64,000 bases of DNA from assembly GCA_050575255.1 (NCBI GenBank), contig JBNZDD010013683.1:1524191-1588190 (forward strand), in the 5' to 3' direction. This document shows positions 36,663-49,900 of this stretch, piece after piece. Made by a program: the position numbers and the translations under genes. The notes below the pieces were generated by a model that had not been told where the DNA came from, did no database searches, and saw only the letters and a list, made by a program, of their open reading frames with translations. The stretch's first letter is position 1. Each line of letters opens with the position of its first letter. The DNA is from Harriotta raleighana. Its lineage: Eukaryota.

Positions 36663-37189
36663 GGGTAATACATTGTTATTCTCTGAAACAGGAAGCATCA
36701 GCTCAATTGAATCCTAGATTATTAGACCATATGTTATCGTAAATAAAATCAAGGTAAATCACTAGCTGTTTTTGCTTCAAGTACTGCAGTCGAATTCTGT
36801 AACGATAAATTTAAATAAATAGGCAGTAAATGCTGCAAAGATATCTATGTGCCAATAAACTAACTATAATAATAATCACAAATAATTAAAAATTAAAATC
36901 CAAAAAACATTACCACGTTATGAGTGGCTGGCAACAATATCCTTGGGGGAGTATGTAATGGCTGGTTTGAGGCTACTTATTTGTTGGCTTCCATCAAATC
37001 AGCAATAACATAAAGCATAATGCACATTTGCGCACTAAAGCATGCACTTGGAAATAGCAGCCAGTACTTTGTTAGCAGTTGCTTGTGTTTCCTCTGCAAT
37101 TCGTAAACCAGTTTAAACCCTCTCAGGAATTACTCATCTCAAGATGCCCAGGAATAATTTGAAGCAACCTTGAAAACTATTTCCACGTT

Positions 37190-37385
37190 ACATAGAATTA
37201 GAGAGTATTGCTTAGATTGTTATAGCACAAAACAGGCCTCTTGGCCCATCTAGTCCATGGTTTATATTCCTCATTCACCTTCACTCTCTCCTGATACCAT
37301 ATCTCTTACCCCTCGAGTCTTTCTCTTTCATGTATGCAGAAAGATTCTCTTTGGATTCATTGATGCTTTCTACTTCAAACATTGT
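37190..37385 (-). mobile_element. Old CR1 3' end
   Basis: catagaat...tatagcacaaaacaggcctcttggcccatctagtc matches the 3'UTR of the CR1 at 35029-35110. Confidence 0.55.
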
Positions 37386-38704
37386 GTTAATGATGTGAAA
37401 AGATTGTAAAGCATTCATGGTTTAAAGCTAAAGACTGAGAGAAAAAAATGTATATTCAAGAAATGCATTCCAGTACCATCTATTTTTAAATTCAGCATAC
37501 AGCTTTTTTTTCAATCTTTTTTTCAACAACAATTCATAACAATCCTTTCTAAAACAAAACACAAATCAAGAAAAGTTATTACATTCTTTACATTGAAGTT
37601 CGTCAGCATTACACATGTAGTGGTGATGTCTGCTCACACTCTCACTTTGAAATGTGTTTCCAGATCGTCATCTGTCTCTAGGATAAAGAGATTCAAGAGG
37701 TTAATGATTTTTTTTTTGATTTACGAGTTACTTTGAACAATAAATTCCAAAGCCTCAGGACTCCAAAGCAGGTATGTATGATTTCCTGATTTATCAGGCT
37801 TTTCACCTAAAATAAATAGACTGTCAGATCACATAAAGATCCTTGAACTTCGGCTCAGGCAGAACAGATATTCATTTCAGTCCCCTTACTCATCATATTC
37901 TTAGTTGTCAGTTGAAAATACAATACTTGCATTTGTCAGACTTTTCTACTGTGACATTTCAGGTTACATGTGTTGGTTCCACAATGTCACTGCTCTAGCT
38001 TTTATGGTTTGGGTCTGATCCGAGAGCCTGACTGTCACGAAAAATTTATGGCCCAACAAACATGGCGTGACAAAGAACTCCGCAACAGAGAGAGCGAGAG
38101 AGAGAAAAAAAAATCCATGGGTTTTCTTTCCAATCATCCACTATTCCCTGAATGCAGAACCATTGCAGCCGACTGCACAACCCACTTCTGTACATCTCTG
38201 GATATTATTTTAATGTACCTGTATTTTCTTGCCTTTCCAGCAGTTTTATATTTTTTTGTGTGTGGTGGTGAGAGGAAATGAGGAGGAACTGAGCATGTGT
38301 GGCTCTCTCCGGCTCCACTAGTGTTGCTGATTTGCCCAGCAATGTGGTGGAACTGAATTGAAGCTGTTTACTTTCTTTCCCCCCACCGACAGTATTGAGG
38401 TCAATGTACTGTCATGTTTTACACCTTAATACCCAGGGAAATACCCAAAATGCAGGTATCATCTAAAACTGAGATTCAACCCGGGGTTTCCCACATCATA
38501 CTGCTGTGTGTGCCAATGAATTATACCACTGGATCGTATTGTAACCAGTGCTTTTGATAGAGGACCTTTTCATACCTTTGAAAGCCCTCAAATGGCTTTG
38601 CGGAATTTAATGTAGAGTGTAGTAACTGTGTATTTGTAGGTGAATGGGGCAGCTGATTTATGCCTGACAATGTTCCACAAGTGAATTTCAAAAAAATTGT
38701 GTCG

Positions 38705-38930
38705 ACCTGGCTCAGTCAGTACCACATCAGCACAGTAAAACTCACTTGGCTGAGACACAAATGCGATGCAAGAGGTGGGCTGCAGTGCTGGAGAAGCCTT
38801 TAAATGAGGCATTAAGCTAAGGTACTTTTTACTCTGCAGTAAAGATTCCATGCCACTATTTGCTAAGAATTCGAAATGATACTGCTGTTCTGGCCAATGA
38901 TCCCCAAGTAATTAAATTGGTCATTTATTT
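38705..38930 (+). mobile_element. Old DeuSINE
   Basis: tggctcagtcagt head remnant; atgaggcattaagctaagg...gtaaagattccatgccactattt...tggccaat core remnant. Confidence 0.45.
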
Positions 38931-39679
38931 TCCATGTCCTTGAAATTTAAAGTCACTCATTTTCTTTCAATTTCCATCGAACCTTCCTCACATTCATGCC
39001 ACTAATTGTTTCTAAATTTTCCCAAGTTAATAAACCTTTATAGCACAATTTCATAATCTGGTTTTATGCTAACAACACAACAACATAGTTGGTGTTTGCC
39101 CAGGCCATTAACTAGGTGATTAATTGCAAAATAATTATTTTATTGCACAACATGGACGAAAACCGTAATGAGTTTCCCTTTTGCAGAAAGCATTGGCAAT
39201 TTCAAGATTATTCGGTACTGTAAGTGTCATTTGTTTTCTGATAAACATTGAACATTATACAAGTGGCATTGTACTGCATTAGAGGAGTCAAATTGTGCAA
39301 CACTTTTATGAATGACCCATAAACCACAGGCACCTGAAAGGTACAGATTATTTTGTGAATGACTTATGATGTTTTGGTAAGTGAAAAGATCTCTATAAAA
39401 CCCAATATTTGGTATAATATTTTATCATATCCTCATGCAATCAACACGCAACACGCAATCAACAGAATACAACACGCAATTGCAATCAGCTTTTTGAAAG
39501 AATCTTCAATTACAGTAGTTATAAAACTCCACGTCAGTGAAAACATTTGCATCACAAACACAGTTCTGATTTTCCAACGAAACGTTTGGCAAATACGAAC
39601 ATGTAAAATAAGAAGCATTATTTATTATGTAGCATTTATAGCATTATTGCCACAACAACGAATGCTCTGCCTGTTCTTT

Positions 39680-39745
39680 GCGTAGAACACCTTCCCGACG
39701 TGAAAGGCGCTCAATAAATGTCATTTTGTTTGGTTGTTGTTGTCG
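39680..39745 (+). mobile_element. L2 3' terminal fragment
   Basis: ccttcccgacgtgaaaggcgctcaataaatgtcattttgtttggttgttgttg. Confidence 0.7.
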
Positions 39746-42700
39746 TAAATGCATCTCAAGAAATTATTTTTTCCTCAAATGAGAGACAAAACCCATATTA
39801 GGTACATTAATTATCTGCTAATAACCATGGTACAGTATATCCTCCAGCAGACTTTAGGAAACTGATGTCCTTGGGGTAGATATGCTTAGATGTGATCTCA
39901 TGCTTAATTACTTGCCTATCCAATATTCTACAATATGATCTGTTACTGCTGCCAAATTAGTAATTAGATCTCTAGGGTGTACACCACTACAATTTGGCTA
40001 CAAAATCCAACTTCTCACGCACTACAAACTTTTTGGGCAAGAAAACAATTTTGTCCAGTTATTTCTAGATGTTAGCAAATTCCGAAAAGCATATTTCTGC
40101 TTCTTATCGAAATGCAAGTCGACATTTGTTCCAATTTTAACACAATACTTGGATGCAACCAAAATGCACCACCCAGCAAATGCTTCTTAGGAGTGGAACC
40201 TCTGATTATTGAGATGTCCACCTTTCTGTTGAGCAAACACTGCAGAAGAAATAAGGAATTCACTAGCGTCTCAGAATATATTTCTATTAAATAAAGTATT
40301 TGGACAAAAAGCATGCCTACAAAACAAGCCCTATAATTGTGAGTTCCATTTCAACTCATTTCAAATTTTAGTACAAAAGAAAACACATTTTAAAGTATTG
40401 CTGTGCAATTGTTCAGTAACTGAAAAAATGTGTCTAAGCATAAGCTGTTACTTGAGCAGACCTCTTTGTGGATCACAATTTATTTCATGGATTAAAGATG
40501 AAGGAATATTTTTTTTCCAATCTGAAGAATATAATTTGTGCTGAGGCATGCTGCGATTTTGAATCAAACTGTGGCACCTTTTAACCCCAAAACCTGATTT
40601 TCTTTTAAGAAAAAATGTTCCTTTTGTGAAAACCATCTTAAAAGTTGATCTTTGGTACACATTGGAATAGTGATTCATTTGGCAGAATTGATATAAAAAT
40701 AAGGCCCACATGTATCTAAGAGTGACCAGCACCCAGGAAGTGAGACAGACCCTTTCAGCTGAGCTAAATAATGGGGAATGAACAGTAGATAATAAATTGT
40801 CCAAGTGTACAACTAAAAGGGTAGTTTTTATAGAAAGCAAAGTGGAGAGCAGTATTTTCCCCCGACAAGTCAATGGAATACTAATTAATCCACTTTAGTA
40901 ACCTTGGAAACGTAGCAGCCCGTAATGTTTATCTCCTAAAGACCACAGTTCTTTCTTCCCCTTCTGTACTACCTTCTCTATATTCTGTTCAATGTTTTTC
41001 ATTCTCTGCTATTCATCAATTTTGAAATCACACACTAAAAAAAACTTCAATTTTCCAGTGATGAATTGGTAAAAACTAATGTTAGCCTCTGAAAGCATAG
41101 CCTGCCCTCAGATATATTGTCTTGCAGAATATATTGCCATTAGTAGAAGGTATACCGAATTAAGCTTTTTTATGGCTTCTGTTTTAATAAATTTGGAAAC
41201 AATGCAACATAGTCCAAAATCAATTGGATAATATTACATCAGTGTAAGTACTGTAATGTATTGTAGTAATGATTTGCAATAGAACGACTTCATGCGCTTC
41301 CCAATTTACATGATGCTGGTCTAAAGAGAGTGCAAGTTTTTAAGTTTCTTCTCATTCCATTGTTTTAGTAAGACAGATTGGATAAAGAGAATGTTGTGAT
41401 GATTACGGGGTTTTCCCATTTAGTTGCTCTCCATTTACATAATGCATTTGGTTATTCACCGAGTCATTTGTTCATCAAATGTGCATTTCAGAGTGGAGGG
41501 CATTACTGTAGTTCATAACCACGCAAGTTAAAAATACAAGAAGTTTGGGAGTAAGCAAGCCATTTGGCCAGTTGAGCTCCTTCTAATAGAGACCTCTAGA
41601 CGGCAATGTGCTTTTCATTGACCTCTTTATAGCAAAGCAGCATGATTTATTAGAACCCTTGACACTTGTTTTCTATTTTAATATTAGGCACTGGTTGGTG
41701 ATACTCTGTTCCTTTGGGTGTTGCTCATTGAGAGATCTACTTTGTCTTTTTGAAATCGGTGGGCATGAGCTGTCACTGTGGACCTTTTCGATGAAGCACA
41801 ATTATTGTGATTGTTTCATAACTTATTCATTACTTATTTTGTTTTTTAAATGTGATGCTATCCCATTAATCATCCCATGCCACAGAACTTGTGACAAAAT
41901 TCTTAAGCACAGCCTTAAGTTCGAAGCCATAAATTCTTTTCAGACAGATTTTCTACAGCCAGACTCATAGATTACCATCAAGCGTGATTCTGTGTTACTT
42001 CAAAACACAGTGGGGCCAACATTGCTCTGGTGACAACTGGAGATCACATTGACAAATAAATCTTTGTTTCTGCTGACATTGTTACCTCCTCCAGTATAAA
42101 AAAGCAGTATAAAAAATTGAGGTAAACTGGCTCATCCAGGCTTGTTAAAGTCTTGTTAAAGGTCCTTAGAGGAAACCTCTTAGCATTGTACAGTACAGTT
42201 GAACAAATCAGCAATGCAGTAATACAGTGTACAGTTTGCACCAAGCAAGTTAAACAAAGGAGTCGATTGTACAGAAGAACATGGGAAAGATGCCCAAGCA
42301 CATGGTTTTATCCGGATTTGAAACATTTTTGTGGCCGATTTATTTTCATCTTCTTGATCCTTGTGAATCAAATTTCCTGATTTACAGATCTGAGCAGTAA
42401 CCTCACAGTCAGTACTGTGTATACATGCTGCTTATTAATATACCCACTCCAAGCTCTACTTCTAATGCAATCATGCATCAACTCTTTTAATGTACAGACT
42501 AACCACAGCAATGGGGGTCACTAAATGTGCAGCTATGGAAATCCAGCCTCTCATTCAGAAGAGTTTGATGGGAATATGATGCTAGATTATGCCTGAATCC
42601 CACTAAAATGCAAACAACCACAAAATTACTGCAATACTTTGCAGCTACTGTTTCTCACAAGTTCTAAGCGACACATATATCTTCCAGCATTGTGGTAATA

Positions 42701-45574
42701 GCTCTCCATTACACTGCACTGACATAATAGTGGTGGTGTCATACCATGTACCAAAGCATGATGTGTGTGAAAACTCATACAGTCAAAGGAGAATATGCTG
42801 TCTATATAATGTTCTCTTATCTTCCAAAGTCTTTGGTTTCAAGCTTTTTAACCTTATGAGTAATTGCAGTATTGCCTCATAATTCAATCTGAGTGGGTTC
42901 AGATCTCAGTATTCACTGCCTGTCCACCTCCCACACCTTCCAGCCTGTGCTAGTTTTGCTTTAAACCTAGAACTGATGTGATTAAAAGACAGTCTGCTTC
43001 ATTGAAAAAAAAACTCCATTCACTCTTCCCTCATTGCATATTCAGTACAATTGTCATAACCCTGGTACTGTATTACTTTCTATGTTATATGATTGCTCCC
43101 AGGGGCAATGATTATTTCATTGAGCTAATAAAATCATATGCCTCGCATCCAAATGCGTCATTCCTTTCAACCCCCACTCCCCCCTCTCCCCCCCACCTCT
43201 CCTTTCTCCCAGTTCTTTTGCAAACTTAGCAGCCAGCCCTGTATCTCAAAACTCTACTTTGTGCTGTGTTACAGGCAAAGGCACTTCCCATTTTCTTCAT
43301 CCAGTGATGATGTGGTTTTGCTTCTCATCATGTCTGACAGGCTATGCTTCACTGTTCCGCGTAGCAGCAGGGACACCTACAGGTTAGAGCTCTGCAGTGA
43401 AGTACAGTAAATTGACATTTCAAGGTCACCACTACTCTTTACCATTAAATTAACACCTGCCTCCACAATGATATTCCAAACTGACTCTCTGTGGCTACAC
43501 CGTTTCTTGCCCCTTCAAAAACTGGTATTAAAATTGTACAATATCTAGAGGAGATTCTCACCAATTTATCTTAGATCTTCCCGAAAGGTTAGGTTAGCGT
43601 GGAGGGCGCTATATAAATCCAAGTTGTTGTTGAAAGGTTAAAAAGAAATGATGCTTTGTGTAAGTTCAAATTATTATTCTAGTTACAATTACTATTTAAA
43701 TGAGATGAAGCTACACAGTTAGACCTATATAAATAAATGTTCAGATCAAGATAGCCTTCATCCCATCTATCTGGATTAACTTCAAATCCAGGTAGGGTAA
43801 TAAAGACAGAAACCTGATGCATTGCACACTTCATTAGCCTCAATAAACTGCAGCAACTTCAAGAAAAGGGCATGCAAATAATTTGGTTAGTTATTTAATG
43901 ATTAAATCTACTGAAAATAAAGGAGTGTGGTTTGTAACATTTCCCAATGCCTTTGATTGATTGTCCTCCTATTTTAACATTCCTATTATAAAGTGCTTCA
44001 GATGTTTTGATGTGTTGACCTGATTCAGTCTTACAATTTAATTTGTTTTACGTTTCATTGCAAGGATAGTCAAAATTATTCAATATTAGGTTTGTCAAAA
44101 CTATTATTTATTGTGAAAAAAACCCTTGAACAATCATAATTAAACACTTACAATACAATGCAAAATTCCATTTGTACTGCGCCTTTCACGTTGGGTTGAT
44201 GTCCCAAGGCACTTAGACTGAATCACAATTTAGTCAAATATCCTTAAAAAGGAGACCACATAAAATATATTTACTAAATGCCAGCAATTAACCCTGCTCT
44301 AGTACATGTGTCTCAGTCATCAGAGCTCTTGAAAAATGTTTTAGTCATCTGTGGGTGTCTTTGTGCTAGTGTGTCAGACTTTCGACAATGCAAACTGATC
44401 TCAAAGTTTAGCAGCTTTATTATAGCTCTGGAGATGCCTTACATCAGATACTTTCTGAACATTGTGGAATGCAAAGGATGTAAAACAGATCTCAAAACAA
44501 AATGGTGAGAGAAGTGACACAAATAAAATTTGGGTCAAAGAACAACTAATAGCCTGTATCGGATTCAGAGATAAATTGTAAGACTGCATAAGATGTATCC
44601 TACATTTAGATTCCTTTCGCTGAAGATCGTGAGATACACTCAGATTAATAAAGTCCTTTGGTCCGTATGATATCCTCCTTACAATATATTCACCTTACAG
44701 TCAATGATGCTTCAGATAACCCATTCACCCACAAAATATATAGTCAATTCACTTCATAGTATATTCTGCGTAGAGATTTGAGATGTCTCATCTCATACCA
44801 ACTGGAGGCAGAAATGCTTCTTGGTATTTCCTGAAACTGTCCTGTGATATCCTGAATCTGTGCCCTCTTGTGCTGCTGTGACTGCACATCACTGTCTGAT
44901 AATGCAGTATGTGAAAGTCCGATTCAGTCCCATTGAATATGTCTGTGAGTTCCATTTCCATTTCATTTTCCAACATCATTTCCACCCCATCATTTGCAAG
45001 TAACAAATATTTGTATATTCTCATGTAAGCAACGTTGACGGCCGTGGTGTCTGGTTTGAATACATTTAAAGAATCACGGCTGCTGTGAATCAGAGTCATT
45101 TTAGTCAATTACATCTGTGAAGTTCCCCCATTGAGAATATAAACAAGGCATCTGCATTCAATCCACAAGCATGAATTTACATCCTGGGTTTGGATTACCA
45201 TGTTGGCACTCACTATAAATAAGTAGATTGAAAAAAAATTTGACTCCAGCATCAGCAGCAATGTTCAGGCCACATGTCTGCAACAATAACTGTGAAGGAG
45301 ATCGAGCATTCTTCTACTCCATCAGTAAAGACCATTTAGTTCACAGTAAGTCCTATGGATATCAAGGATTGATTGTTGAGGCTTGCTGGGTCCCGCAATC
45401 AAATCCTGATAGCATGACATGAGTTATTGAGCTAAATGGTTCTTACCACCAGGGTGCCGAAAATCTCCAATTCCCTCGGTTTTCTGTTGAGACTAGCTTG
45501 CGAGAGCAGATCTATTTCCTGACAGCTGTTCTCGATTGACTTTCAGTAAAGTTTGAAAGGCCGGGAGAAGTAAC

Positions 45575-45962
45575 GTTGACTTGATTCAGTTGGCAGCAAC
45601 TCTCCCTTCTGGATCAGAGGTTGTGAGGTCATCTGTGAACTTGGAATCTGTGAACTCAGCCAAGGCTGACACTTCCAGTGAAACACCAGGGAAGCATCTC
45701 ATCGCCGAAGGAATTGTTCTTCAGATGCGATGGTGAACCAAAAGTCCATCAGCCGGGTTCGTGTCGCTGTGAAAGATTCTTCTTGAAAGTTTCTGATTCC
45801 CACCCACGCACACCTGTCCATATGAATTGGTTGCTCATCTTATTGGCTGTTTGTGGGACCTCAAACCATATCTGTCTATGTAACCACGCTTGACAGTAAT
45901 TCCCTGCAAAACACTTTGGAGATATTATTGGAACATCAAACATCAAAATGCAAGGATTTGTT
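45575..45962 (+). mobile_element. Old near full-length DeuSINE
   Basis: Head ttgattcagttggcagcaactctcccttctggatcagaggttgtg; core ctgacacttccagtg..ttcagatgcgatggtgaacc; gctgtttgtgggac; tail catcaaaatgcaaggatt. Confidence 0.6.
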
Positions 45963-48900
45963 TTAAGCAGCACTGTTTTCAGCTTTTGATGTCGCGCACA
46001 ATCCCCCAAATAAATTGTACATTCGAATACCTTAGCCATTTTCCCAGCTGTTTGTTTTTTTTTCAAAATTCTAATTTACATTTATAGGTTCTATAATTTA
46101 CAAGTGTGAGACTGAAGAGCTGACAAGCCTGAATAAACTAATGTGTCACGTGACAGAGCCAATTTGCAGCTGCTTTTTATGTTGATCCCGTTGAGTGTGT
46201 AGAAGATGATTTCCCCCCACCCCTACATTGTTCTCATTGGTCACATTTATGAAGCCCACCCCAACACCACTCCAGGCCACCCCACAACCACTACCATCTT
46301 CCACATTGAACCTCTGGCTTTTTAGCTAAACGCAAACTTCATAGATGCTGAAATCCCGTTAAAAGGCTGTCAGAATCCACAAGCACAGACTCCACCTCAC
46401 AGGGATCGCCTTCTAGAACAAATGTTCTACTAAACTGGCATCTGGATCACTATAACAGAATAGTGTGAAAGAACTACCAGGAAACAAATGGCCTCAGTTT
46501 CCTCCACTTAAACACTTTTCAATGAGATAAACCACAGTTGATATTGCACAATAATTTAAAAGCAAGTACAGTAAATTATTTTAAAGAAATTGCAGTTCGA
46601 GATTGTTCGAGGACAAACAGTTACATTGTGTGAAGTTGATCAAATCGTAGTCTTGCCTTACGTTCACATTTCATGGGCGAGGCTAAGAAGGTAAGATACA
46701 GCATAAAGAAAAACAACTTTGAGTTTCACGGTTTATTCACAGCGACACTTGCTGCAGGTATTTTTGTGTTCACAACCCCAAGCTTGTTCTTCTTCTGTTA
46801 ATCTGAGACACATTGTCAGTGCTCTTTGATGATATCATCTTAAAAAGAAGTTCAGATAGCTCCAATTGCTCTTCTTTTTCCTGCAGCACAAATATTCACA
46901 TTCTTCAGAGAAAAATGAAGTATAAATAATTTATCGCCAATCTAGTTGAATTTATTTACCACAACTATGCTCTGTAGTTCAAGCTCTATTTCTTTCTCTC
47001 TCCGAAGACATTTACCTGCTTGGAGCACAGATTATTCTAGGTCAAGATCTGAAGCATATTGATGCTCACTGACATCATGGTACTTTCTCTGCCTCATGTT
47101 TTCTGCCAGATATTGTCACAACATCAGCCCCAATAATAGGTTGAAAAATAAAGTAAATGATCTGGAATAAAGTGGGAGAATGGAACAAAAATTAGCAGAG
47201 CAAAGCTCAGTAACAGTACTTGATACAGTGTAACTGCAATCATGGCAGACTTCAGTTTGCTACGGATTTTCTACTTCCAATTTGAATTCATAAATACCTG
47301 TATGTCATCTTGAGGCTCAGTCAGTGTTGGGTTAGTTTGACTATTAGGAAAGTACAATCGAATAAAATTTTAACTGGTTAGAATTTTGGAGAAATAATTT
47401 TTTAAAAAATAATTTGGGAGATAGTTTTGACAAGAGACTTAAATAATAAGAACTTAACAATAGCAACAACAACTTTATATAGGGCACCTCACACAGAGTA
47501 GCATCTCGAATATGCTTGGACGTTGGGTGGAGGACCCAGTTCATCAGAGCACGAGACGTTGTGACGTTTTATCATTCTGCAACGGAACAATAAAGCACAA
47601 ATCGTGCTTTCAAATCAACATCTTATATTTTTTCCTTACAAATACATTACCCGCATGCTTAACAGTAATTACAATTTAGCCCTTTGAGCTGTATTGTTGT
47701 CAACAGAGACTCAATGAAATGCAAGGATTATTATTTGATGTGAAGTTCAAATAGTTCAAATTGTGCTGGGGTGTGCTTTACATCTCAAGTAGCCTTCAGT
47801 GTAGTAATTTTTTTTTTTAAAAACATTTCACATAGAATGACATTATCAAAACTCTAATCTTTCTCAAATGGTAGAACATAAGTTAAATTAAAGGAAAGGG
47901 AGAACCTATTACATTCATAAGGCTGGTCACCTGACATATTGAGTGTTTTTAAAAAAAGCAAAACAAACAAAATATTTGTGTGTTGCATTGAAATTCAGCC
48001 TTGCAAATGAAAACTGATGGGTTTGACTCTCTGTGAGAGATAAAGAAAGGAAGATTCTCTAGATTTTGGTTGAAGCAATAAGAAATACCCAATAAATTCA
48101 GGAGGAAAAAACATGCAGAAGTGAGTTATCAGATTTGAATAAATAACATTAATATTTCTCTCTTTATGAGTTGCTAATCCATGTACCATCTTTTCATCAA
48201 GAAGAACATGCAAACCACAAGCTCCCAAAACTCTTGTCAGTGCGACTCCGCAGTTTGCTAATTGGGACAGTCCAGATGGACTTATTCTTTGACATTTTCT
48301 CTGGGGACGAACCTCAACTGTCACCTGACATATTGACTGAGCTGGCTCAGTTCACATAAGGAACTTATGTTCTGCCACTCAACGACCACACCAGCGCACA
48401 AGTACATCATCAATTCAGGGTGCCACCAGGATATTTTATACTCACAGTTTCAAAACACGATAAAATTGATTCATGGTAAAACCTTCTGTAAAACCACATT
48501 TAATACACAAATAATCTTAGCTTTTTTTTTCAAAGCAGCTGGCAGATCAGTGTTAACTGCTGACAATTTGATGAAAGACGACAAGTGCTAAATCGTGTTC
48601 AGTAGTAGAAAATAGTCACCAAAGTTTAACATTGATTCATAGAGGAAGGAAGAGCCTCCACACTGGAGTAGAATGGAGGGAAATGGAGGAATTCTATTCT
48701 AATAATAATTCAAGCAGATATCAGTAGATGTCTGAATATAAGTGGCTATCCAGCTCTCTTTTTCAAGAAATCTGTGTGTAGAGCGGAGAGAATGAGGTAG
48801 AGAATGAGAATCCGGTGGAGAGAATAATCGATGAGAAGTGTTTTTATCAAAGCAGACAGTAGTAATAAGTCTAGTTTAGATTAATACTTGCTGAGGGTTA

Positions 48901-49264
48901 ATGTTTCTGCTGTGAAGTGCAATGTACAGTATCTGAATGTTGAACAATTAGATGTGAGATCCACATGGCTGTGGATAAACCACTCCTCTCAAGGCCAATG
49001 ATAGTATTTGTTAAACCTTTTCAGCATTTCGCTGCTCCCAGTTGCACCTGATATTATTGAAACATTGATGAGTAAGGATGTAGGACTTCCAGTCACTAAA
49101 TCAATTTTGACAGTAGGCGAGACATGGAACACAAATGTTAAATAGAAAATCTGAGGGTAATCCACATTGACTGGAGATTGCCACATTTTAGCCTAAAACA
49201 CATGTCTAAAAACAGATATCTATGCTTCATATCATAATACTATTACTATTATTGAAGAGTTTGT

Positions 49265-49900
49265 TTAAAAAAAGGCATATGGAATAATAGGCTTTATAAA
49301 TAGGGGCATTTATAATGCAAAAAACAAGTCGGGAAGTTATGATAAACCTTTATGAAACTCTGGTTAGGCCTCATCTGGAGTATTCTGTTCTGTTCCGGGC
49401 ACCACATTTTAGGAAGGATGTCAAGGCATTGGAGAGGGTGCAAAGTAGATTTACCAGGATGGTACCAAGAATAAAGGACTTCAGTTATCAGGAGAGGCTA
49501 GAGAAGCTAGAATTATTCTCCTTGGAGCAGTGAAGGTTAGGAGGAGATGTAATAGAAGTTTTCAAAATTATGAGGGGATTCAATAGGATGAACAAGGAGA
49601 AACTATTTCCACTGTGGACTGGGTCAGAAACCCGAGGACACTGATTTGAAATAGTTATTAAAAGAAACAGAAGGCAGGTGAGGAGAAATCTGGAATGCAG
49701 TGCCTGAAAGGGTGGTGGAAACCGATTCGATAACAACTTTTAAGAGAGAAGTAGATCGTTATTTGAAGAGAACAGGTTTGCAGGGCTATAGGGAGAGAGC
49801 AGAGGAGTGGGATTGATTTGGATAGTTCTTTTCAAAGAGCCAGCACAGATACAATGGCCCAAATGACATCCTTTGGGGCTGTATAATTCTATGATTCTAC
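49265..49900 (+). mobile_element. 5'-truncated CR1 LINE with ORF2 C-terminus disabled
   Basis: LYETLVRPHLEYSVLFRAPHFRKDVKALERVQSRFTRMVP..LFSLEQ* with premature TGA stops and loss of the FFTQRVVR segment; tail attctatgattcta. Confidence 0.95.

Noticed and set aside
46596-46690. Ig-like peptide FEIVRGQTVTLCEVDQIVVLPYVHISWAR before an AAG|GTAAGA donor
   Set aside because: The acceptor lacks a pyrimidine tract, the L-x-C spacing is wrong for an Ig B strand, and no known protein is recognised; likely chance.
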